This document shows positions 13,065-23,032 of a stretch of 64,000 nucleotides of DNA, in pieces. This DNA is from Escherichia coli (GTDB lineage: Bacteria > Pseudomonadota > Gammaproteobacteria > Enterobacterales > Enterobacteriaceae). Each line of letters starts with the position of its first letter. The stretch's first letter is position 1. The stretch is from NCBI RefSeq assembly GCF_024223415.1, contig NZ_CP100500.1, one strand, 5' to 3'. A program made the translations under genes and the position numbers. Under the pieces are notes generated by a model. The model had not been told where the DNA came from and made no database searches. It saw nothing but the letters and a program-made list of their open reading frames with translations.

Positions 13065-13078
13065 GTTCGTATACGAAC
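13065..13078. promoter_or_regulatory. Perfect 14-bp palindrome GTTCGTATACGAAC, candidate MarR-family operator
   Basis: Exact inverted repeat in the 113-bp divergent intergenic region, 18 bp upstream of the ecdB ATG. Confidence 0.5.
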
Positions 13079-13095
13079 AATTAAGAGAGTAAGCA

Positions 13096-13689
13096 ATGAA
13101 ACTGATCGTCGGGATGACAGGGGCTACCGGTGCGCCTCTTGGTGTGGCATTACTGCAAGCGCTGCGGGAGATGCCGAATGTCGAGACTCATCTGGTGATG
13201 TCGAAGTGGGCGAAAACCACCATTGAACTGGAAACGCCTTACAGCGCCCGCGATGTTGCTGCCCTCGCTGACTTCAGCCATAACCCGGCGGATCAGGCGG
13301 CGACCATCTCCTCAGGTTCCTTTCGTACCGACGGCATGATCGTTATTCCGTGCAGTATGAAAACGCTCGCCGGTATCCGCGCTGGTTACGCTGATGGCCT
13401 GGTAGGGCGCGCGGCGGACGTCGTGCTCAAAGAAGGCCGCAAACTGGTGCTGGTGCCGCGTGAAATGCCGCTTAGCACCATCCATCTCGAAAATATGCTC
13501 GCACTTTCACGCATGGGCGTGGCGATGGTGCCGCCGATGCCTGCCTTTTATAACCATCCCGAAACGGTAGATGACATTGTCCACCACGTGGTAGCCCGCG
13601 TGCTGGATCAATTTGGCCTTGAACATCCCTACGCCAGGCGCTGGCAAGGATTGCCGCAGGCCCGGAATTTTTCTCAGGAGAATGAATAA
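13096..13689 (+). CDS. ecdB: UbiX-like flavin prenyltransferase (Pad1 family), decarboxylase subunit B
   Basis: 197 aa; MKLIVGMTGATGA flavoprotein signature; TAATG overlap with the next gene. Confidence 0.85.
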   Translation: MKLIVGMTGATGAPLGVALLQALREMPNVETHLVMSKWAKTTIELETPYSARDVAALADFSHNPADQAATISSGSFRTDGMIVIPCSMKTLAGIRAGYADGLVGRAADVVLKEGRKLVLVPREMPLSTIHLENMLALSRMGVAMVPPMPAFYNHPETVDDIVHHVVARVLDQFGLEHPYARRWQGLPQARNFSQENE

Positions 13690-15116
13690 TGGCATTTGAT
13701 GATTTACGCAGCTTTTTACAGGCGCTTGATGACCACGGCCAGTTACTGAAAATCAGCGAAGAGGTGAACGCGGAACCGGATCTGGCTGCCGCTGCCAACG
13801 CCACCGGGCGTATCGGCGATGGTGCACCGGCGCTGTGGTTTGATAATATTCGCGGTTTTACCGATGCCCGCGTGGCGATGAATACCATCGGTTCCTGGCA
13901 GAACCACGCGATTTCCTTGGGCCTGCCGCCAAACACCCCGGTTAAAAAACAGATTGATGAGTTTATCCGCCGCTGGGATAACTTCCCGATCGCCCCGGAG
14001 CGCCGCGCCAATCCAGCCTGGGCGCAGAACACCGTCGATGGTGACGAGATTAATCTGTTCGATATCCTGCCGCTGTTTCGTTTAAACGACGGTGATGGCG
14101 GTTTCTATCTCGACAAAGCGTGCGTGGTTTCCCGCGATCCGCTCGACCCGGATAACTTCGGCAAGCAGAACGTCGGCATCTACCGCATGGAAGTGAAGGG
14201 CAAGCGTAAGCTCGGCCTGCAACCGGTGCCGATGCACGATATCGCCCTGCATCTGCATAAAGCAGAAGAGCGCGGTGAAGATCTACCGATTGCGATCACG
14301 CTCGGTAACGATCCGATCATCACGCTGATGGGCGCAACGCCACTGAAATACGATCAATCTGAGTACGAAATGGCAGGCGCGCTGCGTGAAAGCTCGTACC
14401 CGATCGCCACCGCCCCGCTGACCGGTTTTGATGTGCCGTGGGGTTCAGAAGTGATCCTCGAAGGGGTCATCGAAAGCCGTAAACGCGAAATCGAAGGGCC
14501 GTTCGGTGAGTTTACCGGACACTACTCCGGCGGGCGTAACATGACCGTGGTGCGCATCGATAAAGTCTCTTACCGCACCAGGCCGATTTTCGAATCGCTG
14601 TACCTCGGCATGCCGTGGACCGAAATCGACTACCTGATGGGGCCAGCCACCTGTGTGCCGCTGTATCAGCAACTGAAAGCCGAGTTCCCGGAAGTGCAGG
14701 CGGTAAACGCCATGTACACCCACGGCCTGCTGGCGATTATCTCCACCAAAAAACGCTACGGCGGCTTTGCCCGCGCGGTGGGCCTGCGTGCGATGACCAC
14801 GCCGCACGGTCTGGGCTACGTAAAGATGGTGATTATGGTCGATGAAGACGTTGACCCGTTCAACCTGCCGCAGGTGATGTGGGCGCTCTCCTCGAAAGTA
14901 AATCCGGCAGGGGATTTGGTGCAGTTGCCGAATATGTCCGTGCTGGAACTCGACCCTGGCTCAAGCCCGGCGGGGATCACCGACAAGCTGATTATCGACG
15001 CCACCACGCCTGTCGCCCCGGACAACTGTGGTCACTACAGCCAGCCGGTGGTGGATTTGCCGGAAACCAAAGCCTGGGCTGAAAAACTGACCGCTATGCT
15101 GGCTGCACGTAAATAA
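13689..15116 (+). CDS. ecdC: UbiD-family (prFMN-dependent) aromatic acid decarboxylase, subunit C
   Basis: 475 aa; UbiD-like; operonic with the UbiX-like gene. Confidence 0.85.
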   Translation: MAFDDLRSFLQALDDHGQLLKISEEVNAEPDLAAAANATGRIGDGAPALWFDNIRGFTDARVAMNTIGSWQNHAISLGLPPNTPVKKQIDEFIRRWDNFPIAPERRANPAWAQNTVDGDEINLFDILPLFRLNDGDGGFYLDKACVVSRDPLDPDNFGKQNVGIYRMEVKGKRKLGLQPVPMHDIALHLHKAEERGEDLPIAITLGNDPIITLMGATPLKYDQSEYEMAGALRESSYPIATAPLTGFDVPWGSEVILEGVIESRKREIEGPFGEFTGHYSGGRNMTVVRIDKVSYRTRPIFESLYLGMPWTEIDYLMGPATCVPLYQQLKAEFPEVQAVNAMYTHGLLAIISTKKRYGGFARAVGLRAMTTPHGLGYVKMVIMVDEDVDPFNLPQVMWALSSKVNPAGDLVQLPNMSVLELDPGSSPAGITDKLIIDATTPVAPDNCGHYSQPVVDLPETKAWAEKLTAMLAARK

Positions 15117-15126
15117 GGAGAACAAG

Positions 15127-15363
15127 ATGATTTGTCCACGTTGTGCCGATGAACAGATTGAAGTGATGGCGAAATCGCCGGTGAAAGATGTCTGGACGGT
15201 ATATCAGTGCCAGCATTGCCTTTATACCTGGCGCGATACCGAACCGCTGCGCCGTACCAGCCGCGAACATTACCCTGAAGCGTTCCGCATGACGCAGAAA
15301 GATATTGATGACGCGCCAATGGTGCCGAGCATCCCGCCGCTGCTGGCGGCAGATAAGCGCTAA
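15127..15363 (+). CDS. ecdD: Small decarboxylase subunit D (Cys-rich, zinc-ribbon-like)
   Basis: 78 aa with CPRC...CQHC motifs; 10 bp after ecdC stop. Confidence 0.75.
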   Translation: MICPRCADEQIEVMAKSPVKDVWTVYQCQHCLYTWRDTEPLRRTSREHYPEAFRMTQKDIDDAPMVPSIPPLLAADKR

Positions 15364-15403
15364 TAAAAAGTGCCGGGTAGTGGCTTTGCTTTACCCGGCC
15401 TCA

Positions 15404-16060
15404 TTACTTTATTTTATAAAATGACAGCCGCCCGCTTTTCGGCGATCCGGTATCAATATAAATCTGGTTAGCGAACGTCTGAATGTTATCAAACATCATA
15501 TGTCCAAATATAAAATAATCAGCGCCGTTTATTTGTTGTAACTCGCCATTAAGCGATTTCTGCACACGATCAACAGGCCAGAGTAATTCGCTCTCCGCTA
15601 TTTCTTTACCAAAGAGATATTCACTCCCCGGATAATCTGCATGTGCGATGACATATTTTATATTGTCGTTAGTGATTTCAATAATATGTGGAAGGTGATG
15701 GAATTTCAGCAACAGATCTGTAGCTTCTTTTTGCTCTGAATCATTTAAATCGAAAAACCAGTCACCACCGCTGGCAAGCCACATATTTCCATCGCCAGTT
15801 TCGAATGCATCAAGCGCCATCGCTTCGTGGTTGCCTTTAACGGAGATAAACCAGGGCTGGTTTAGCAGGCGCAGGACGTTAAGACTCTCCGGCCCACGAT
15901 CAATATTATCGCCGACAGAAATAAGTAAGTCGGTTTCGGGGAAAAAAGAGAGTTGATGTAAGCGGGATTGTAATAACTGATATTCACCATGAATATCACC
16001 AACGACCCATATATGGCGATAGTGATGGGCATTGATTTTTTGATAGCGTGTAGATGGCAT
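15404..16060 (-). CDS. pphB: Serine/threonine protein phosphatase 2
   Basis: 218 aa; metallophosphatase motifs GDIHG and GDNIDRG; next to mutS. Confidence 0.9.
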   Translation of the reverse strand: MPSTRYQKINAHHYRHIWVVGDIHGEYQLLQSRLHQLSFFPETDLLISVGDNIDRGPESLNVLRLLNQPWFISVKGNHEAMALDAFETGDGNMWLASGGDWFFDLNDSEQKEATDLLLKFHHLPHIIEITNDNIKYVIAHADYPGSEYLFGKEIAESELLWPVDRVQKSLNGELQQINGADYFIFGHMMFDNIQTFANQIYIDTGSPKSGRLSFYKIK

Positions 16061-16165
16061 GGTTTTACCCTGTAAAATAAGCTTTCCTATTATACAGGGT
16101 ATTTTTATTTGATTCGTCAGTTATCGTTAATATTCCCGATAGCAAAAGACTATCGGGAATTATTA

Positions 16166-18727
16166 TTACACCAGACTCTTCAGGCGATAAATCCATTCCA
16201 GCGCCTGACGCGGGGTGAGTGAATCTGGATCGAGGTTTTCCAGTGCCTCGACCGCAGGCGAGGTTTCTTCCGGTACGGACAGCAAAGACATTTGTGTACC
16301 ATCCACTTGCGTAGCGGCGGCGTTCGGTGAAATGCTTTCCAGCTCACGCAGTTTCTGCCGCGCGCGTTTGATCACCTCTTTTGGCACGCCGGCCAGAGCT
16401 GCAACCGCCAGGCCGTAGCTTTTGCTCGCCGCGCCATCCTGCACGCTATGCATAAAGGCAATGGTGTCGCCGTGCTCCAGTGCATCGAGATGCACGTTGG
16501 CGACGCCTTCCATTTTCTCCGGTAACTGGGTCAGCTCGAAATAGTGGGTAGCAAACAGCGTCAATGCCTTAATCTTATTCGCCAGATTTTCCGCGCACGC
16601 CCATGCCAGTGACAGACCATCGTAAGTGGACGTTCCACGCCCGATCTCATCCATTAACACCAGACTGTATTCGGTGGCGTTATGTAAAATATTGGCGGTT
16701 TCAGTCATCTCCACCATAAAGGTTGAGCGCCCGGAAGCCAGGTCATCTGCCGCGCCTACGCGGGTAAAGATGCGATCGATAGGTCCAATCTCGACTTTTT
16801 GTGCCGGTACATAGCTGCCGATGTAGGCCATCAGCGCAATCAGTGCGGTCTGGCGCATATAGGTACTTTTACCGCCCATGTTCGGGCCGGTAATAATCAA
16901 CATCCGGCGCTGCGGTGACAGATTCAGCGGGTTGGCGATAAATGGCTCGTTCAGCACCTGTTCAACCACCGGATGGCGGCCTTCGGTAATGCGAATGCCC
17001 GGTTTATCAATAAAGGTCGGGCAGGTGTAGTTCAGGGTATAGGCCCGTTCCGCCAGGTTCACCAGCACGTCGAGTTCCGCCAGCGCGCTCGCGCTCTGTT
17101 GCAACGCTTCCAGATGCGGCAACAGCAGGTCGAACAACTCTTCATAAAGCTGTTTTTCCAGTGCCAGTGCTTTGCCTTTTGAAGTGAGGACTTTATCTTC
17201 GTACTCTTTTAGCTCTGGAATGATGTAGCGCTCGGCGTTTTTCAGCGTCTGGCGACGCATATAGTTGATAGGTGCCAGATGGCTTTGCCCACGGCTGATT
17301 TGAATGTAGTAGCCGTGCACCGCATTAAAGCCAACTTTTAGCGTGTCCAGGCCGGTACGTTCACGCTCGCGGACTTCCAGACGCTCCAGATAATCGGTCG
17401 CGCCGTCAGCCAGCGCGCGCCACTCATCCAGCTCTTCGTTATAGCCTGATGCGATAACACCACCGTCGCGTACCAGCACCGGCGGTGTGTCGATGATTGC
17501 TCGCTCCAGCAGATCGCGCAGCTCGGCAAACTCGCCCATCTTCTCACGTAGCGCCTGTACTGGTGCACTATCAACAGTTTCTAACTGCGCACGCAGCTCC
17601 GGCAGTTGCTGGAAAGCGTGACGCATACGGGCCAGATCGCGTGGGCGAGCGGTACGCAACGCCAGACGCGCCAGAATACGTTCCAGGTCGCCGACCTGAC
17701 GTAGTACCGGCTGCAACTCGGCGGTGAAATCCTGCAATGCGCCAATAGTTTGCTGGCGCTCAAGCAACACGCGGGTATCGCGCACTGGCATATGCAGCCA
17801 GCGTTTCAGCATACGGCTGCCCATCGGCGTGACGGTGCAGTCGAGCACAGAAGCCAGCGTATTTTCCGCACCACCCGCCAGATTCTGGGTGATTTCCAGA
17901 TTACGACGCGTCGCGGCATCCATAATGATGCTGTCCTGCTCACGTTCCATGGTGATGGAACGAATATGCGGCAGAGTCGTACGTTGGGTATCTTTCGCAT
18001 ACTGCAACAGACAACCGGCAGCACAAAGTCCGCGCGGCGCGTTCTCGACGCCAAAACCGACCAGATCGCGAGTGCCAAATTGCAGATTCAACTGCTGGCG
18101 CGCGGTGTCGATTTCAAACTCCCACAGCGGGCGACGGCGCAGGCCGCGACGGCCTTCAATTAACGACATTTCAGCAAAATCTTCTGCATACAGCAGTTCC
18201 GCAGGATTAGTGCGTTGCAGTTCTGCCGCCATCGTTTCCCGGTCAGCCGGTTCGCTCAGGCGAAAACGACCGGAACTGATATCCAGCGTCGCGTAGCCGA
18301 AACCTTTGCTGTCCTGCCAGATAGCCGCCAGCAGGTTGTCCTGACGCTCCTGCAACAGGGCTTCATCGCTGATGGTGCCTGGCGTAACGATACGCACAAC
18401 TTTGCGCTCAACCGGACCTTTGCTGGTCGCCGGATCGCCAATTTGTTCGCAGATGGCAACGGACTCGCCCTGATTCACCAGTTTGGCGAGGTAGTTTTCC
18501 ACCGCATGATAGGGGATCCCCGCCATCGGGATCGGCTCTCCCGCTGAAGCACCGCGTTTGGTCAGTGAAATATCCAGCAGTTGCGATGCGCGTTTTGCGT
18601 CGTCATAAAACAGTTCATAAAAATCACCCATCCGGTAAAACAGCAGGATCTCGGGATGCTGGGCTTTCAGCTTGAGATACTGCTGCATCATGGGCGTATG
18701 GGCGTCGAAATTTTCTATTGCACTCAT
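16166..18727 (-). CDS. mutS: DNA mismatch repair protein MutS
   Basis: 853 aa; Walker [10 protein letters not shown]; full-length match to E. coli MutS. Confidence 0.97.
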
Positions 18728-18971
18728 GGGGTTATGTCCGGTTCCCTGATATTAAATGGGGTGTGATGGTTTTTATTTTCGTTGTAATCACATAAGGCGC
18801 ACATGATACCGGAGTTAATCATTTCAGGGGAAGAAGCGAACGGCGAGTTCTTGATGCTGGTTCCGGGAAAGATGCTGTTTTGCAGCTTTTGCGTGATGCT
18901 TATGAAGCAAGTACGCAAAATTGCGTCGGTTGAATAAACCTCCTCCTTCAGAGCCATAGTCCCCTTTGAAA

Positions 18972-18997
18972 TTAAGTTGTAGTATAAATACACCTTA
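18972..18997 (+). promoter_or_regulatory. Imperfect inverted repeat upstream of ygbA, possible NsrR-type operator
   Basis: AAGTTGTAgtataaaTACACCTT lies 17-40 bp upstream of the ygbA ATG; ygbA is a known NO-responsive gene. Match to the NsrR consensus is only partial. Confidence 0.3.
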
Positions 18998-19013
18998 AGA
19001 GTATGGAGGCAGC

Positions 19014-19358
19014 ATGTCCGGCAAGCGTATCTCTCGTGAAAAACTGACGATTAAAAAAATGATCGATCTTTATCAAGCGAAATGCCCGCAGGCGTCAGCG
19101 GAGCCGGAGCATTACGACGCGCTGTTTGCCTACGCGCAAAAGCGGCTGGATAAATGTGTGTTCGGCGAAGAGAAACCAGCCTGTAAGCAGTGTCCGGTGC
19201 ACTGTTACCAGCCTGCAAAGCGTGAAGAGATGAAACAGATTATGCGTTGGGCCGGGCCGAGAATGCTGTGGCGTCATCCGATCTTAACCGTGCGTCATCT
19301 CATCGATGACAAGCGTCCGGTGCCGGAGTTGCCAGAAAAATATCGTCCAAAGAAATAA
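19014..19358 (+). CDS. ygbA: Uncharacterised Cys-rich protein YgbA (nitric-oxide-inducible)
   Basis: 114 aa; MSGKRISREKLTIKKMIDLYQAKCP matches YgbA. Confidence 0.9.
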   Translation: MSGKRISREKLTIKKMIDLYQAKCPQASAEPEHYDALFAYAQKRLDKCVFGEEKPACKQCPVHCYQPAKREEMKQIMRWAGPRMLWRHPILTVRHLIDDKRPVPELPEKYRPKK

Positions 19359-19362
19359 ATCT

Positions 19363-19385
19363 GCCGGAGAGCCATACTCTCCGGC
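19363..19385. terminator. Bidirectional hairpin terminator between convergent ygbA and the mop gene
   Basis: GCCGGAGAG-ccata-CTCTCCGGC, 9-bp perfect stem, 4 bp after ygbA stop and 12 bp after mop stop. Confidence 0.7.
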
Positions 19386-19396
19386 AAATAAGGCGT

Positions 19397-19825
19397 TTAC
19401 GCTTTGGTGGCAATCAGGATGGCTGATGCTTTGATCAATGCAATAACGCGTGAGCCAGTGGTGAGTTTCATTTCATCCTGACTTTCATTTGTTACCACTG
19501 CCACAATTTCAAAACCCGCATCCGTTTTGATATGGACAGTGGCGTTCACTGCGCCTTCGGTGATTGTCGACACGCTGCCAGCAAACTGGTTGCGAGCAGA
19601 GAATTTCAGTCCACAGTCTTCCGTTGCCAGCGTTACCCACGGGGCTTTAATCAGGGCAATCGCTTCTTTCCCTTTCGCCAGACCCAGAGCCTGCTGGCTG
19701 CTGTGAGTCACAATTGCCACCAGCTTTGCACCACCTGCCAGCGTCAGTTCTAATTCGTCATTCACCGCGCCCATTGCTACTGCGCTAACTGTTCCGGTTA
19801 ATTGATTTCTTGCTGAAACTGCCAT
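19397..19825 (-). CDS. Two-domain Mop/TOBE molybdate-binding protein (molbindin)
   Basis: 142 aa from ATG 19825 with AAAGGAGG Shine-Dalgarno 5 nt upstream. Two tandem ~70-aa halves each beginning SARNQ(L/F)(T/A)G(T/S)VS. 44 bp downstream of fhlA stop, same strand. Confidence 0.85.
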   Translation of the reverse strand: MAVSARNQLTGTVSAVAMGAVNDELELTLAGGAKLVAIVTHSSQQALGLAKGKEAIALIKAPWVTLATEDCGLKFSARNQFAGSVSTITEGAVNATVHIKTDAGFEIVAVVTNESQDEMKLTTGSRVIALIKASAILIATKA

Positions 19826-19869
19826 ACTGCCTCCTTTCATTGAATGTTGATCGAGTATAACCACATCTG

Positions 19870-21948
19870 TTAAATCAATGCCGATTTATCAATTCCCAGT
19901 CGCTTCATCCGTGACAGCAGGGTCGTGCGTTTCAGCCCCAGACGTTGCGCAGCGCCTTTAGGCCCGGCAACCACGCCGTTAGTTTCTTTCAGCACGCGAA
20001 CAATCAACTGATATTCATCTTCGCCCTCCTGAGCGACAACCGTTGCGGCAGGCGGCGTTTCAGGCTCCGGTAAAGCAATATCTGGCAATGACAGCTGCAG
20101 CACGTTGCCGCGTGTTAGCAATACCGCGCGCTCAATGACGTTTTCCAGTTCGCGTACGTTACCCGGCCACTCCATATTGCTCAAGGTGCGCAACGTCTCG
20201 GCAGGAATGCTGTCGATATTGCGCCCCAGACGACGGGCAATTTTGAAGGTAAAGGCTTTCGCCAGCAGCGGAATATCTTCCGGACGCTCGCGTAGTGGCG
20301 GAAGGTGAATCGGGAATACGTTCAGGCGGTAATAGAGATCGCTACGGAACTCACGGTCGGCGACCATTTTTTTCAGATCGCGGTTAGTCGCGGCGATTAG
20401 ACGCACGTCCGTCTGAATGATTTTGTTGCTGCCGAGGCGTTCAAACTCCTGTTCCTGCAATACACGCAGCAACTTCGGCTGTAACTCCAGTGGCATATCG
20501 CCCACTTCGTCGAGGAACAGGGAGCTTTTATCCGCCAGTTCAAAACGACCAATGCGCTGGGCGCTGGCACCAGTAAAAGCCCCACGTTCATGACCAAACA
20601 GATCGCTCTCCAGCAATCCGGCAGGCATCGCCGCGCAGTTCATTTTGACCATGCGGCGATTATTACGCCCACTGAGATTATGGATAGCACGGGCAATCAG
20701 CTCTTTACCCGTGCCAGTTTCACCGAGGATCAGCACGGTACTGTCACTTTGCGCCACCATTTCAACTTGTTTAAGCACGCTGTACATGGCTTCGCTGCGG
20801 CCAATAATCTCGCCAAATTCACTATCAACATTGTTGAGCTGCTCGGTCAGGGCGAGGTTTTCATCAACCAGCCGTTCTTTCAGACGATGGATTTCCTGAT
20901 AGGCGAGGGCGTTATCGACAGCGATTGCCACACGTTCGGCAATCTGGCGCAGTAAATTCAGATTGGTAGTGGTAAACACTTTCTCTTCACATTGCGCCAG
21001 TTTCAGCACGCCCAGCATGGTGTCGCCAGACATCAGCGGTAACAGGCACAAGGTTTGAATCTGGTTGCCCCAGGTGTCGAACAACATGCGTTCGTAGGGG
21101 GCTAAATTATCTCGTTCGTGGAGATTGATCAGCAGCATCTCTTTACTTTTGAACACGCGTTCGGTGAGGGTTCCGGCTTCATCGACTTCGCTCTGTTCGT
21201 GGGCGGGATGTTGTTTATCAAGATAGTGAGTGGAGTAGATGTTGAGTTTGTTTTTACGGTGGCTGCGTAAGACAATGCTGATATCGTCAATGTCGAAATA
21301 GTAATGGATTTCTTTGGCGACTTCGCTGACCAGTTCGTCCATATCCAGGCGGGAAAGCACCGCGTTGGTGATGGCGACCAGGATGCGGAAGTTATCGCGT
21401 TCCCGGCATAACAACTCATAGTCGACATTGTTAACGACGCGACTCTGGATTTGTTCGGTGACGACAGAAACGATCTGCGTAAATGTTTGCAGACGATTGA
21501 ACTCTTTTTCGCTCCAGGGGCGATCGTCATAACGAATAAATTCACAGCCACCAAAAATATGCCCTTCCGCCGCCAGTGGCATCAGGCAATAGTGACCAAA
21601 TTTGGGGTATAGCCCACCTGCGGCCAGCTGCGGCCAGGTTTCACAAAATTCTTCGTAACTGCAATGCAGCGTATCAGGGCGCGACAAAATGCTGCGTACC
21701 GGACCGTGTGCCAGAACAGTTTCGTCTTCATATTTAATGGGGGTGTCTTTTTCACGCGATGCGTAATAAGACGCACGTTGAGTCTGCGCTTGCCACAACA
21801 CAATAGCCGCGTTGTCGGCGAGCGCAGAACGCTTTACCAGTTGCGAAAGAGCCTCACACAGCGAGGCCAGATCGGGCTGCTGCAATAGTGTCCGAGTGAT
21901 GTCGAACAACCCTTGCTGTCCGAGATCACTCATCGGTGTATATGACAT
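19870..21948 (-). CDS. fhlA: Formate hydrogenlyase transcriptional activator FhlA (sigma54-dependent)
   Basis: Known N-terminus MSYTPMSDLGQQ gives 692 aa; ORF-track frame extends to an upstream ATG at 21984. AAA+ GETGTGKE and GAFTGA motifs. Confidence 0.96.
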   Translation of the reverse strand: MSYTPMSDLGQQGLFDITRTLLQQPDLASLCEALSQLVKRSALADNAAIVLWQAQTQRASYYASREKDTPIKYEDETVLAHGPVRSILSRPDTLHCSYEEFCETWPQLAAGGLYPKFGHYCLMPLAAEGHIFGGCEFIRYDDRPWSEKEFNRLQTFTQIVSVVTEQIQSRVVNNVDYELLCRERDNFRILVAITNAVLSRLDMDELVSEVAKEIHYYFDIDDISIVLRSHRKNKLNIYSTHYLDKQHPAHEQSEVDEAGTLTERVFKSKEMLLINLHERDNLAPYERMLFDTWGNQIQTLCLLPLMSGDTMLGVLKLAQCEEKVFTTTNLNLLRQIAERVAIAVDNALAYQEIHRLKERLVDENLALTEQLNNVDSEFGEIIGRSEAMYSVLKQVEMVAQSDSTVLILGETGTGKELIARAIHNLSGRNNRRMVKMNCAAMPAGLLESDLFGHERGAFTGASAQRIGRFELADKSSLFLDEVGDMPLELQPKLLRVLQEQEFERLGSNKIIQTDVRLIAATNRDLKKMVADREFRSDLYYRLNVFPIHLPPLRERPEDIPLLAKAFTFKIARRLGRNIDSIPAETLRTLSNMEWPGNVRELENVIERAVLLTRGNVLQLSLPDIALPEPETPPAATVVAQEGEDEYQLIVRVLKETNGVVAGPKGAAQRLGLKRTTLLSRMKRLGIDKSALI

Positions 21949-22021
21949 TTTGTTCTTCCAGGAAAGCACCGCAAAGCGGTGCAAAAGGTCATTGACTAAC
22001 TATAGGAGATTTAGAATTTTA

Positions 22022-23032
22022 TTAGCATATACGCGGAAGCGGTTCGGCGTGTGGTAAATCGAGGGTTCGTTTCACGCCATACAGACCGGCAAGACGAACA
22101 CCTTTACGTTCCACCACTTCACCAATCAGCGCCGCGTCTTTCCCCAGTGGATGGGAATGTAACGCTACCAGCACTTGCTCTGCCGCGTTGCGTTCAACGG
22201 CGATCACCAGTTTGCCTTCGTTGGCAAAGTTCAGGGCGTCCAGTCCCAGCAGTTCGCAAACGCCGCGCACGGCAGGTTTAACCGGCAGCGCTGATTCAGA
22301 AATTTCAATACCGCAACCGCAGGCTGCCGCGAACTCATGAACCACCGCGTTTACACCACCACGGGTGGCATCACGCAGCGCTTTCACGCCGGGAATGTCA
22401 CGCAGCGTCTGAATAAGCGGCGTCAGCACCGCGCAGTCGCTGACCAGTTCGCCATCCAGCCCCAGCTGCTCACGCAGGTTAAGGATAGTCGCCCCGTGGT
22501 CGCCGAGTGTACCGCTAACCAGCAATACATCGCCTGCGGTTAGCGTCTGTGCGCCCCAGTGAATATTCGCCGGAATTGCGCCCATGCCCGCGGTGTTGAT
22601 AAACAGTTTATCTGCCGCGCCGCGCTGCACCACTTTAGTATCGCCAGTAACGATGGCAATGCCTGCCGTGCGGGCGGTTTCTGCCATGCTGGTCACTACG
22701 GCTTTCAGTGTCTCCATCGGCAATCCTTCTTCGAGGATAAAGCCACAGGAGAGATAGCGCGGAATAGCGCCACTGACCGCAACGTCATTGGCGGTGCCGC
22801 AAATCGCCAGCTTGCCGATATTACCGCCAGGGAAGAACAGCGGGTCAATAACGTAACTGTCGGTGGAGAACGCCAGACGGTCGCCTTCCGCTACCAGTTG
22901 CGCCAGATCAAGACGTGCCTGATCTTCCTGCTCTGCCAGCCACGGGTTGGCAAAGGCTTCCATAAACAGGCTGTTGATTAATTGCTGCATCGCCTGGCCG
23001 CCGCTGCCGTGGGCGAGTTGGATATTATTCAC
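22022..23032 (-). CDS. hypE: Hydrogenase maturation protein HypE
   Basis: 336 aa; overlaps hypD stop. Confidence 0.95.
   Translation of the reverse strand: MNNIQLAHGSGGQAMQQLINSLFMEAFANPWLAEQEDQARLDLAQLVAEGDRLAFSTDSYVIDPLFFPGGNIGKLAICGTANDVAVSGAIPRYLSCGFILEEGLPMETLKAVVTSMAETARTAGIAIVTGDTKVVQRGAADKLFINTAGMGAIPANIHWGAQTLTAGDVLLVSGTLGDHGATILNLREQLGLDGELVSDCAVLTPLIQTLRDIPGVKALRDATRGGVNAVVHEFAAACGCGIEISESALPVKPAVRGVCELLGLDALNFANEGKLVIAVERNAAEQVLVALHSHPLGKDAALIGEVVERKGVRLAGLYGVKRTLDLPHAEPLPRIC

Noticed and set aside
18724-18993. 89-aa ORF in the mutS-ygbA divergent intergenic region
   Set aside because: Overlaps the mutS start and the promoter region; no ribosome-binding site; low-complexity composition.
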